This document shows, piece after piece, positions 17,516 through 26,574 of a stretch of 44,487 bases of DNA. The position numbers were made by a program, and so were the translations under genes. The notes beneath the pieces are model-generated. The model was not told the origin of the DNA. It worked only from the letters and a program-made list of their open reading frames with translations, and did not search any database. The stretch covers positions 1 through 44,487 of the forward strand of contig JAYSUQ010000103.1 of NCBI GenBank assembly GCA_043718985.1, given 5' to 3'. Position 1 is the first letter of the stretch; every line of letters begins with the position of its first letter. Source of the stretch: Bacteroidota bacterium (GTDB taxonomy: Bacteria; Bacteroidota; Bacteroidia; B-17B0; Aurantibacillaceae).

Positions 17516-17595
17516 TGATTTTGTTTTTATGATACGAGTATAAACTTAACAAAAAATTTACTTACCTAATAGTACATTGCACTTTAAATTAAAAT

Positions 17596-17994
17596 ATGAC
17601 TACAACAATTAAAACACTTATAACTAAAAACAAATTGGCTTTCGATTCTCACTTTTATATTGAGTCGGTATGTTTATCTTATATATTAATAAATAAAGCC
17701 TTAAAGCAAGTTGTTAAAAACGATTTGCATAACGATGCCATTGAATTAAAAATAAAAACATCAAATTTAATACAACTAGTAAAAAACGAACTCAATGTTA
17801 ATTCTAACTTAAAATCTAAAATTTCAAAAAAAATATTAAAAGATATAAAACACTTTAATAAATTGTATAAGCAAGTTTTTGAAGAAATTAAATACCAATA
17901 TTCTGAAAAAAAGATTTTTGAAACAGCCCAGCTAGGTATTAATTGCATTGCAATACTAAATACTACGTTAATAAAAATAAAAAACAATCATTAA
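17596..17994 (+). CDS. Hypothetical 132-aa lysine-rich, predicted all-helical protein (no signal peptide)
   Basis: ATG-initiated ORF followed by a hairpin terminator. The composition is extreme: no Arg, Pro or Trp. An antisense ORF of similar size also exists, so whether it is coding is not secure. Confidence 0.35.
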   Translation: MTTTIKTLITKNKLAFDSHFYIESVCLSYILINKALKQVVKNDLHNDAIELKIKTSNLIQLVKNELNVNSNLKSKISKKILKDIKHFNKLYKQVFEEIKYQYSEKKIFETAQLGINCIAILNTTLIKIKNNH

Positions 17995-18011
17995 TTTTTT
18001 TAAATAAAAAA

Positions 18012-18042
18012 ACGCCTCTATAAAAATAGAAGCGTTTTTTTT
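18012..18042. terminator. Bidirectional hairpin terminator between convergent genes
   Basis: Stem acgcctcta / tagaagcgt (one mismatch) with loop taaaa. It is flanked by an A-run on the left and a T-run (18035-18042) on the right. Confidence 0.55.
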
Positions 18043-18065
18043 AAGGGGTTATTATAAATTAACGA

Positions 18066-20255
18066 TTAGTTGATAATTAATTTTTTAGAAATTATCTTAT
18101 TATTAATATCAATGTTTACAAAATAAACGCCTTTAGCAAGACTCTCTTTTTTATTTATTTCGTGTTTAATATTACCTGCCAATGGTTCAATATTAGCAGT
18201 TTGCTCAACAACTCTTCCCATCACATCAATTACAGATATTTTTATTTTATCGTTAGCAGTTGCATTAAAATCAACAAACGAACTACCCGATGTAGGGTTA
18301 GGATAAATAAACAAGCCTATGTTTTTTTCTAATTCAGATACAAATGTAGCAATACTACCACCAATATTTATTTGATCGATGTATATATTATTTGAACCTG
18401 TGGTTAAAACTTTATCGCTCATAAAACTATAACGAAATTTAACGCTTGGTTTGTTTGCTAAAGTACCTAAAATGCTTGGCGTTAAGGTTATTAATTTAAA
18501 TTGAGCATTTGTAGGCACAAAAGCTGTTGCTAAAACGCCACCCGAGTTTGTTGCAAAGGTTGTCATATTTGGGGTTCCAAAAACACCAGTAAATGTTACC
18601 CAAGTACCGCCGCAATCTAACGAATATTGTAGTTTAAGCGAATCTGCTTGTGCTGCATTTCTTTTTGCATAAGCGTAATAATAACTAAATGTAATATTAC
18701 TTGTGTTTGTAAAATCATAATAAGGGGTTTCAAAAAAATCGCGCTGTCCTTTATTACTTGTTACCGAAAAATTATTTATGTAAATACTTTTAGCAGTTGT
18801 ATTACCACCAATTGCAGTGTTTTGAACCCACGTTACAGAACCTGCATTATCGTTACGCACAGTTACATCTGTTGGCAAACCTGTTGTTTCAAAATCTACT
18901 CCGTTATTTGCTGCTAAACCGCCAAAGCCATTAACTACATTTACTGTATAGTTAGTTTTTGTATTGTTGCTATAAGTGTTTGTAGCTAGTAAGGTTGCAG
19001 TGTAAGTACCTGGGGTTGCATAAGTAACAACCTCAACCGAGTTTGTTGATGTTGCTGGCGTGCCACCATTAAACGTCCAAGATAAAGAACCGCCACTAAA
19101 GTTACCTAACTGGCTTGTGCTTGTAAACGTGTAAGTGTTACCAACACAATTAATAACTTTATTAGCAGCAAAATTTGCTACTGGTGCACACGTATAACTG
19201 GCCGATATACCAGTAGCTAACAAATTAGCTGGTGATGATAAATTACTACGCCCACTAGTACCGCTATTAATTGCGGCTTGCACTCTTGTTATTTGGTTTT
19301 GAGTAAACATTTTTGGACAAGCCGAGTAGTCCATAAAGTTTTCTACATTTTGATTAGTAGATGCATCGCAGGTGTTTGTACCAGCACTTGGCGGGCAAGT
19401 ACTAAAGTTACCCAATGTTGGTGGTGTATCGCCTATTCCATCATCGCCACAGCTAACACCAGGGTTATTAGTACTACCGAACGTGTGAGGTAAATTTAAC
19501 CAATGACCAAGTTCGTGACTTAATGAGCGTGCATTTAAACCAGTTAAATAATCGTAACGATAAACAATTGCATCATTAGCTGCATTTGTACTCCAAGTAC
19601 CTGGTAAATAAGTGTAGCCAACAATAAAACTACCTGTTGGTGGACAAGGAGATGACGCACTAGATATACATTTAACAATATAAATATTTAAATATTTGTT
19701 TGTTGGCCATCTGTTTGTACCGTTACCCGAGTAAGCATAAGCAGCACTGTTTGTTTGACTCCAATTTGTGTTTGCATCGTAATGACGAATGATGCCGTTG
19801 GTGCAATTACCAGATGGGTCGCGCTTTGCAAGTTGTAATTCTATTTGAGCACTCACATATAAGTTAGAATATAATGGGCTAATTGTTCCAACATCGGCAC
19901 CTGTTTTATTATAATCTGCATTTAATTGTGTTAAGGCATCCATACAAGCTTGGTCGCTTATGTTTTCGGCTCCACCTTGGTGTAATATATGAAATACAAC
20001 AGGCACCGTGTAAATTGATGCGGCCGTATTAGCTGTTTTTTGTGCCGCTTGGTTTTTTATTGCCTGGCGATACTCCAAATCCATTTGGCTTTGTTCTAAA
20101 TCATATCTTGATTTGGCTGCGGGATCGTTTTTAAAAACATCTTCCATTGCTTCGGTTGTGTAGCAGGGTATTTTTTTTAACCCGTTATTTAACTGGGCAG
20201 TAATTGTGCCGCCTAATACACAAACACTAAATAAATTGAGTAGTTGTTTTTTCAT
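18066..20255 (-). CDS. Secreted M43 (cytophagalysin/pappalysin-like) zinc metalloprotease with PKD-like domain and T9SS type-A C-terminal sorting domain
   Basis: Signal peptide. Zinc motif HELGHWLNLPHTFG followed by GDDGIGDTPP. PKD-like FTSTS...WTFNGGTP...TYATPGTYTATLLATN. The C-terminal LFIYPNPTSGSSFVDF...GVYFVNIDINNKIISKKLIIN matches the Por-secretion type-A CTD. Confidence 0.8.
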   Translation of the reverse strand: MKKQLLNLFSVCVLGGTITAQLNNGLKKIPCYTTEAMEDVFKNDPAAKSRYDLEQSQMDLEYRQAIKNQAAQKTANTAASIYTVPVVFHILHQGGAENISDQACMDALTQLNADYNKTGADVGTISPLYSNLYVSAQIELQLAKRDPSGNCTNGIIRHYDANTNWSQTNSAAYAYSGNGTNRWPTNKYLNIYIVKCISSASSPCPPTGSFIVGYTYLPGTWSTNAANDAIVYRYDYLTGLNARSLSHELGHWLNLPHTFGSTNNPGVSCGDDGIGDTPPTLGNFSTCPPSAGTNTCDASTNQNVENFMDYSACPKMFTQNQITRVQAAINSGTSGRSNLSSPANLLATGISASYTCAPVANFAANKVINCVGNTYTFTSTSQLGNFSGGSLSWTFNGGTPATSTNSVEVVTYATPGTYTATLLATNTYSNNTKTNYTVNVVNGFGGLAANNGVDFETTGLPTDVTVRNDNAGSVTWVQNTAIGGNTTAKSIYINNFSVTSNKGQRDFFETPYYDFTNTSNITFSYYYAYAKRNAAQADSLKLQYSLDCGGTWVTFTGVFGTPNMTTFATNSGGVLATAFVPTNAQFKLITLTPSILGTLANKPSVKFRYSFMSDKVLTTGSNNIYIDQINIGGSIATFVSELEKNIGLFIYPNPTSGSSFVDFNATANDKIKISVIDVMGRVVEQTANIEPLAGNIKHEINKKESLAKGVYFVNIDINNKIISKKLIIN
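18069..18315 (-). other. T9SS type-A C-terminal sorting domain (coding segment of the M43 protease)
   Basis: IYPNPTSG ... V.D.GRVV ... GVYFV.I ... KL(I/V) pattern in the last ~80 aa. Confidence 0.75.
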
Positions 20256-20333
20256 TGAATTTTAATTTTAAATTGTTTTTTAACTTAATAAATTTACTAA
20301 AAAAAAAATAAAGTAATTTGTAGATAATTTGTA

Positions 20334-21251
20334 TTATTTATTTTTTAGTTGAGTCATTGCCATCATTTGTTTCATTGTTTTATCCATTCCATCAACACTA
20401 CCATCTAAAAATATAATGTTTCCCTTTCCTTGTTCGGCAAAGTTTTTAACGGCTTCTGTCCACATACTAAATGTAATTAACGAGGTATCTAAATTGCTTT
20501 CTTGCATTTGCTTTGCAGCATCTGCCATACCACGGGCTACCTCGGCTCTAAATAATGCAATACCCTGCCCTCGCATTTGCGCAGCTTCTTTTTCGGCAGT
20601 TGCCGATATTTTAATAAAATTACCTTCGGCTTCGGCTGCTTTAGTACGAGTAATTAATAATGCTTGGCCTTCGTTTTCGGCAGCTGCTTTTAAATTATTA
20701 CTAGCAACAACTTTTGCCATGCTGCGCATTACTTCTTCATCAAACGTAATATCGTTTAATTGTAAATCTATTAAATGGTAACCCCACTCTTCAAGCATTA
20801 CATCTAATTGGTCTTTAACAGCTTCAACAATATCGCGGCGTAACGATAAAACTTCTGATTGTTTTTTTGTTGCTACAAATGCCCTTACCGAACCTTCTAT
20901 TGAACGAACCAACGCTTGCATTAAATTTTTATCATCAACAAATTTAAAGGCTACATTTTTTATGCTTTCTTCGGTTTGGTTAATAACAGCATACAACAAC
21001 ATTGCCGTAAAATTTACATTTGCCTGATCTATTGTAACAGCCTGAAAACCTAACTCAACACTACGATTTTGAATAGATATTTTTTTATAAACTGTTTCAA
21101 TAAACGGAATTTTCATACTTAAGCCTGGTGTTAAAATACGGCGATATTTACCAAAAACTGTAATAACGGCTACAGTACCTTGTTGAACAGTTACAAATGA
21201 TAAAAAAATAAAAATTGCAACAAAAACAATTGCGAAAATTAAAAATGGCAT
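20334..21251 (-). CDS. SPFH/Band-7 (stomatin/prohibitin-like) domain membrane protein
   Basis: N-terminal TM helix, then VQQGTVAVITVFGKYRRILTPGLSMKIPFIE and a long Ala/Glu-rich coiled-coil C-terminal half, as is typical of SPFH proteins. Confidence 0.85.
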   Translation of the reverse strand: MPFLIFAIVFVAIFIFLSFVTVQQGTVAVITVFGKYRRILTPGLSMKIPFIETVYKKISIQNRSVELGFQAVTIDQANVNFTAMLLYAVINQTEESIKNVAFKFVDDKNLMQALVRSIEGSVRAFVATKKQSEVLSLRRDIVEAVKDQLDVMLEEWGYHLIDLQLNDITFDEEVMRSMAKVVASNNLKAAAENEGQALLITRTKAAEAEGNFIKISATAEKEAAQMRGQGIALFRAEVARGMADAAKQMQESNLDTSLITFSMWTEAVKNFAEQGKGNIIFLDGSVDGMDKTMKQMMAMTQLKNK

Positions 21252-21311
21252 AGTTATAGTTTTTAAATTAGTTTAGGTAAATTTATAACTCTAATTCGAA
21301 AAACAAAATAA

Positions 21312-22364
21312 ATGTACATTAATGGTAATAAGTATATATTATTGGTAATCATGCTTTGTTGCATTAAATTTTCGTTTTCGCAAAAAGACTCGGCCAACCC
21401 CGAAATTGCAATTTTTAAAGCAGGATGTAAATTACTCGATTCGAGTAAATATAAAGACGCCATTTTAACTTTTAAAAAGGCTATTAAACTTAAAGCCGAT
21501 TATTTGCCAGCCTATAATAAAATGGCAATTGCAAAAATTAAATTAGAAGATAAAAAAGGTGCTGAAAAAGATTTATTGGCTGCGATGAAAATTAACCCCG
21601 ATGATTTTGAAACCGAAAAAACATTGGCATATTTATATATTGAAAGCCAGCGATTTAAAGAAGCAAAAGCAATGATAGATTCGGCAATAATATTAAAACA
21701 AGAAGATGCCGAAATTTATTATTATCAAGCTAAACTAATGTTTTTAGGAAAAAGCTATAAACCAGCGCTAGATGCCTGTGCCAGAGCTACTGACATAAAA
21801 GATAAATACATTGAAGTGATTTACCTAAAAGGAGAAATTAGATTTGCAATGAAAGATTATAACTATGCAATTAAAGAAATTAACGAAGCTATGAAATTAA
21901 CACAGGCTACAACACCTAACTATATAGCTTATAAAACCAGAGCAAAAGCACGATTTGAAGTACACGATTATAAAAATGCAATAACCGATTGGAATGTTTA
22001 CATAGATGCTTTTGCTGAGGAAGAAGAGGCTTTGGTAGCACGAGGTGCTTGCAAAATAGAAGCGGTTGATAATGCAGGGGCTATTGCCGATTTTGATGCC
22101 GCCATTAAATTAAATGATAAAAACCCTGTAAGTTATAATTACCGTGGGGTTGCAAAAGGCGAAAGTAAACAGTTTGTTGATGCGCTAAAAGATTTTGATT
22201 TTGCCATAAAATTACGATTTAATTATGCCGATGCTTTTGTTAACCGCGCCGCTGTTAAGTTTGCAAGTAAAGATAAACGAGGAGCTTGCGAAGATTTAAA
22301 CAAAGCCGATAGTTTGGGTGATGAAATGGCAATTAAGTTAATTGAAACCTACTGCAAACATTAA
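21312..22364 (+). CDS. Secreted tetratricopeptide-repeat (TPR) protein
   Basis: Signal peptide (LLVIMLCCIKFSFSQ) followed by about 8 TPR-like units (DAILTFKKAIKLKADYLPAYNKMA..., GAIADFDAAIKLNDKNPVSYNYRG...). Confidence 0.75.
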   Translation: MYINGNKYILLVIMLCCIKFSFSQKDSANPEIAIFKAGCKLLDSSKYKDAILTFKKAIKLKADYLPAYNKMAIAKIKLEDKKGAEKDLLAAMKINPDDFETEKTLAYLYIESQRFKEAKAMIDSAIILKQEDAEIYYYQAKLMFLGKSYKPALDACARATDIKDKYIEVIYLKGEIRFAMKDYNYAIKEINEAMKLTQATTPNYIAYKTRAKARFEVHDYKNAITDWNVYIDAFAEEEEALVARGACKIEAVDNAGAIADFDAAIKLNDKNPVSYNYRGVAKGESKQFVDALKDFDFAIKLRFNYADAFVNRAAVKFASKDKRGACEDLNKADSLGDEMAIKLIETYCKH

Positions 22365-22420
22365 TTAAATTAGCCGCAAATATTAAAATGAATTTATAAT
22401 TTTGAACTTAAAATTAAATA

Positions 22421-22831
22421 ATGAAAACAGCCGTTTACCGAAAAGCACACTTTAACTCTGCGCATCGTTTACACAACATTAATTTTAACGATGCTAAAAA
22501 CAAAGAAATATTTGGCCTTTGTAACAACCCCAATTACCACGGCCATAATTACGACCTTATTGTTAAAATAGTTGGTACTATTGATGAACAAACAGGTTAT
22601 GTATTTGATTTAAAAATTTTAAACGATTTAATTAATACCGAAATTATTGAACGTTTTGACCATCGAAACTTAAATTTAGACACTGTTGAATTTAAAACAC
22701 TTAACCCAACTGCCGAAAATATTGCAAAAGTTATTTACGATTTACTGCGCATAAAAATTGATTTAAAATTTGATTTAGAAATTACATTATACGAAACACC
22801 TCGTAATTTTGTTGTTTACCCTGTTTTTTAA
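22421..22831 (+). CDS. queD: 6-carboxy-5,6,7,8-tetrahydropterin synthase / 6-pyruvoyl-tetrahydropterin synthase family
   Basis: FNSAHRL, CNNPNYHGHNY and the TLYETPRN C-terminal region match the PTPS/QueD fold motifs. 136 aa. Confidence 0.85.
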   Translation: MKTAVYRKAHFNSAHRLHNINFNDAKNKEIFGLCNNPNYHGHNYDLIVKIVGTIDEQTGYVFDLKILNDLINTEIIERFDHRNLNLDTVEFKTLNPTAENIAKVIYDLLRIKIDLKFDLEITLYETPRNFVVYPVF

Positions 22832-23573
22832 AGTGAAATTTTTGCATTTAGTTTTAATGTTTTGCATTTGTTTTTTTTGTTGTAATAAGCAAAAAAATAT
22901 ATCTATAAAAATTATTAAAACTACAAGTAATCAAAGTGTAAATAAGGTTATTAATTATGATAGTTGCGAACTCGAAAAACAATTTGTTGCCAACCAGTTA
23001 ATCAATATTCATTCCTTAGATTCATCTATTAGAGTATCATTAATATATGCAACCAGCAACAATTTTTTAAACCATAACATATACAACGGATTAAAAAATG
23101 CCTATTTACCTTGCAACGTAGCCCTAAAATTAGCTAATGCTCAATATTATTTACATCAACTTTTTCCGTATTATCATCTTATTATTTTTGATGCAACGCG
23201 CCCTTTATCTTGCCAAAAAAAAATGTGGAGTGAGTTGGATATGAAGCCCAGTGAAAAAATAAATTACTTAGCGCATCCAAATCAACTATCATTACACAAC
23301 TATGGTGCTGCCGTTGATGTTGGTATCATAAGTCAAAATCAATTATTGGTAAACATGGGTACAAATTTTGATTCGTTTGAAGAGTTAAGCGAACCAAAAC
23401 GAGAACTTAATTTTTATAAAACTGGCAAACTCACTAAACAAGTTTTTGCTAATAGATTACTGTTACGAAAAATAATGTTTAAGGCTGGTTTTACTTCAAT
23501 AGCAAGCGAATGGTGGCACTTTAACGAAACCAATAAAGCTACCGCGGCCATAAAATATAAATTAATAAATTAG
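22809..23573 (+). CDS. M15-family D-alanyl-D-alanine dipeptidase (VanX/DdpX-like), probable lipoprotein
   Basis: IIFDATRP, SLHNYGAAVDV and EWWHF are VanX-type zinc-site motifs. The ATG at 22809 overlaps queD by 23 nt. An in-frame GTG at 22833, 1 nt after the queD stop, would give a cleaner lipoprotein signal (MKFLHLVLMFCICFFC). Confidence 0.75.
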   Translation: MLFTLFFKVKFLHLVLMFCICFFCCNKQKNISIKIIKTTSNQSVNKVINYDSCELEKQFVANQLINIHSLDSSIRVSLIYATSNNFLNHNIYNGLKNAYLPCNVALKLANAQYYLHQLFPYYHLIIFDATRPLSCQKKMWSELDMKPSEKINYLAHPNQLSLHNYGAAVDVGIISQNQLLVNMGTNFDSFEELSEPKRELNFYKTGKLTKQVFANRLLLRKIMFKAGFTSIASEWWHFNETNKATAAIKYKLIN

Positions 23574-23598
23574 CAGTGCTGTTATTTTTACGACAACA

Positions 23599-25110
23599 TT
23601 ATTTAAAACTAAAAGCCAACACATCATCCATCACATCTCTAGTATTACTTAATCGCGGTACTTTAAACTGCCCGCCTAATTTATTGTTTGCCTTTAACCA
23701 ATTATAATAAGTGCCTCTTTTTAAAATAGTAACTTTTGGTAATTGTAGCACATAATTATTAAAGCGTTTAGCCTCATAATCACTGTTAATTTGCTTTAAT
23801 GTTTCGTCTAACACGTTTATAAAAAAATCTAAGTTATTGGGAACGGTGTCAAACTCTATTAACCATTGATGCGCACCAGTTGTAGTGTTCATAAAAATTG
23901 GGGCAACTGTATAATCGGTTATGTGTGCGTGTGTTTTTTCGCAGGCAACATTTATTGCATATTCGGCATTATGTATCATTAACTCTTCGCCAAACACATT
24001 AATGTGTTGTTTTGTGCGACCTGTTATTGTAAACCTATAAGGTGCAATGCTTGTAAATGTAATAGTATCGCCTAACTGATAACGCCATAAACCAGCACTA
24101 GTTGTTATTAACATGGCATAATTTTTTCCTATTTGTACTTCATATAAATTATATACTCGAGGGTTATCGTTAACTAAATTAGTTACTGCAATAAATTCAT
24201 AAAAAATGCCATAATCCAACATTAGCAACATTTCATCACTATGAGGTAAATCTTGTATCCCAAAAAAACCTTCGCTAGCGCTATAAAGCTGTAGGTACTT
24301 AACGTTAGTATTATTAAACAACTCGGTAAATAAATTTTGATATGGTTTAAAACTAACACCACCATGAAAATAAACTTCTAAGTTTGGCCAAACCTCATAA
24401 ATAGAGGTTATTTTTTTAATTTCTAAAATTCGTTTAAGTAAAACCAACATCCAACTTGGCACACCTGCTAAACTTGTTACGTTTTCGCTAGCCATTGTTT
24501 GCGCCATTTTTTCGAGCTTATTTTCCCAATTATCCATTAAAGCAATATCAACCGCTGGAGCTCTAAAATACTCAGCCCACATTGGCAAATTTTGAATAAT
24601 GATGGCGCTTACGTCACCATAAAACGATGTGTAATCGCCAAAACTATCGGCTTTAAAACTACCACCTAATGCTAAATTTTTGCCAGTAAATAATTGAGTA
24701 TCGTTATTGTTAACACAATGAAACGTAATCATATCTCGCCCACCATTATAGTGGCAGCCATCTAAAAACTCTTTACTTACAGGTATAAATTTACTTTTAT
24801 CGGTTGTGCCACTACTTTTTGCAAACCATTTTATATCGGTGTTCCACAATAAATTTTGTTCGCCACGTCGGTTTCTATCAATATATGTTTTTAGCGATTC
24901 ATAATCTTGTAACGGAACGTATTGTTTGAATTTTTCGTAGTTAGTAATTTCTTTAAAATTGTGTAGTTTACCAAACTCAGTATCCTTTGCCTTAACTAGC
25001 ATTTGCAACAACCATTCGTTTTGCACATCATGCGGATACTTCATAAAAAGCTCTACCTGATGCATGCGCTTTTTCATTACCCACGATGCTATTGAATTGA
25101 GTATTGGCAT
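23599..25110 (-). CDS. GH3-family (auxin-responsive-promoter-like) acyl-adenylate-forming enzyme
   Basis: N-terminal VMKKRMHQVELFMKYPHDVQNEWL..., FAKSSGTTDKSKFIPVS (AMP-binding S/T-G-T-T motif), YSASEGFFG. The ~500-aa length is typical of bacteroidetal GH3 homologues. Confidence 0.85.
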   Translation of the reverse strand: MPILNSIASWVMKKRMHQVELFMKYPHDVQNEWLLQMLVKAKDTEFGKLHNFKEITNYEKFKQYVPLQDYESLKTYIDRNRRGEQNLLWNTDIKWFAKSSGTTDKSKFIPVSKEFLDGCHYNGGRDMITFHCVNNNDTQLFTGKNLALGGSFKADSFGDYTSFYGDVSAIIIQNLPMWAEYFRAPAVDIALMDNWENKLEKMAQTMASENVTSLAGVPSWMLVLLKRILEIKKITSIYEVWPNLEVYFHGGVSFKPYQNLFTELFNNTNVKYLQLYSASEGFFGIQDLPHSDEMLLMLDYGIFYEFIAVTNLVNDNPRVYNLYEVQIGKNYAMLITTSAGLWRYQLGDTITFTSIAPYRFTITGRTKQHINVFGEELMIHNAEYAINVACEKTHAHITDYTVAPIFMNTTTGAHQWLIEFDTVPNNLDFFINVLDETLKQINSDYEAKRFNNYVLQLPKVTILKRGTYYNWLKANNKLGGQFKVPRLSNTRDVMDDVLAFSFK

Positions 25111-25122
25111 GTTTAGTTAATG

Positions 25123-25716
25123 TTATTTTTTAATGTAAAATTTTAATAATCCAGTTTCATTCATATCTATAAATTGATACGTTGACGGGATTTTATTTTT
25201 AAAGGTATGGAAAGTTACCAAGCGAGTGCCTTTTTTACATTGGTTTAATTTTAAAATTAAATTTTGATGATAGGCTTCATACTCTGTTAATGATACTTTT
25301 GAAGTTTTATCAAGAATGCATGTTTCATCAAAATTTTCGTGAAACGAATTAAAAAAATAAATGCCGTTAAATACTGAAAAATCGATAGTCGTAAAATCAC
25401 TATTAATAAAATGAGCCTTTTTTAACTTATATGTTTGTTTAATTTTGTTTGATAAATTTGTTAATGTTTTTCGTTTTTCGATACCATAAAAATGAGCATT
25501 GGTAACACTTGTGCCAATACAACAAAATTTACCTACACCCGAACCAATATCTAAAATTTTATCTGTTTCGTTATCTACTAATAATTTTGAAGCTTTTATT
25601 GCAATTTTAACTGGCGTAAAATGTCTGGCCGAATGCTCTTGGTATTTTTTAGGATAAATGGCATCAAACTCCGTATCTGTTAACTGCTTTTTATTTTTTA
25701 AATTTTCGAAAATCAT
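25123..25716 (-). CDS. Class I SAM-dependent methyltransferase, substrate unknown
   Basis: Motif I ILDIGSGVGKF followed by FYGIEKR (acidic post-I residue). 197 aa. Confidence 0.75.
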   Translation of the reverse strand: MIFENLKNKKQLTDTEFDAIYPKKYQEHSARHFTPVKIAIKASKLLVDNETDKILDIGSGVGKFCCIGTSVTNAHFYGIEKRKTLTNLSNKIKQTYKLKKAHFINSDFTTIDFSVFNGIYFFNSFHENFDETCILDKTSKVSLTEYEAYHQNLILKLNQCKKGTRLVTFHTFKNKIPSTYQFIDMNETGLLKFYIKK

Positions 25717-25719
25717 TTT

Positions 25720-26574
25720 TTAATTTGTTAATGCATTACGATATATACTGTTGGTAACAATTAATGCGCAATTTTGCAAAGCTTTATTATTAGCTAAATA
25801 ACTTATAATTACTTTTATAACTTTTGTATCCTTTTTTAATGTGTAATTTTCGTAATTATAACTATCATCGGCAATGTTGTATGAACCAGTTTCTATAGTA
25901 GTTTTATAACTATTAATTGTTGTGTAAATTAAATCGTTTTTAAAATTACGGGCGGTTAATTGCGAATTCATAAATTCATCTTTAATATTTAAAAATTCTT
26001 TTTCAGAAATATGAAAAGTATTAGATAATTCAATTTCCTCAATTGTAACCGAAAACGAATTTGATGATTGTGATTTAAATGATTTTGTATTTGATAAATA
26101 ACACTGTAAATATGGTGCAACATTGCTTTCACATTTTTTTACACAAAATGGTAAATCAATTATTAAGTCGCTATTAATCGTATGTTTTTGCCAAGTAATA
26201 CTTTCTAATACAAATTCAGTTTTTTTATTTTCACATTTAATAATTGCGTCGCTAAAATCGTATGCAATAAAAAAAGAAAATACAAACACCATTACCGATG
26301 TTATTAGCTTTTGTTTTTCGGTAAAATTAAATTGAAACAATTTTTTAAAAGTGTACTGTTTTTTTTCTGTTTTGTTAATTACATTAAGCTCATTTAACTG
26401 TATAAGCTGTGTTTCGCTATCAACATAATTTTTAAAACTTAAGCCTGAATTGTTTTTTTTCCAATCAATAAAATTATTTTTAAATTTTTTACTACAATGC
26501 TTGCAAAAAATGATGTATGGAGAAGTTATAACTGTTTGATGCTTACACGATGTGCAAGTAATTGAATTTATCAT
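25720..26574 (-). CDS. Hypothetical membrane protein with N-terminal zinc ribbon, one TM helix and a ~170-aa extracytoplasmic domain
   Basis: CTSC-x14-CKHC at the N-terminus and TM helix LITSVMVFVFSFFIAY. Its ATG overlaps the polX stop (ATGA at 26571-26574). I recognised no family. Confidence 0.6.
   Translation of the reverse strand: MINSITCTSCKHQTVITSPYIIFCKHCSKKFKNNFIDWKKNNSGLSFKNYVDSETQLIQLNELNVINKTEKKQYTFKKLFQFNFTEKQKLITSVMVFVFSFFIAYDFSDAIIKCENKKTEFVLESITWQKHTINSDLIIDLPFCVKKCESNVAPYLQCYLSNTKSFKSQSSNSFSVTIEEIELSNTFHISEKEFLNIKDEFMNSQLTARNFKNDLIYTTINSYKTTIETGSYNIADDSYNYENYTLKKDTKVIKVIISYLANNKALQNCALIVTNSIYRNALTN

Noticed and set aside
20334-21251. The SPFH/Band-7 gene as part of an SPFH-NfeD pair or a membrane-stress or defence module.
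   Set aside because: No NfeD-like gene is adjacent. It is flanked by the protease gene and a divergent TPR gene, so it appears to be a single gene.
21263-21463. A 66-aa minus-strand ORF overlapping the start of the TPR protein gene.
   Set aside because: It overlaps a better-supported gene with a signal peptide and TPR repeats. It has no motifs and lies in the promoter/5' region of the divergent genes.
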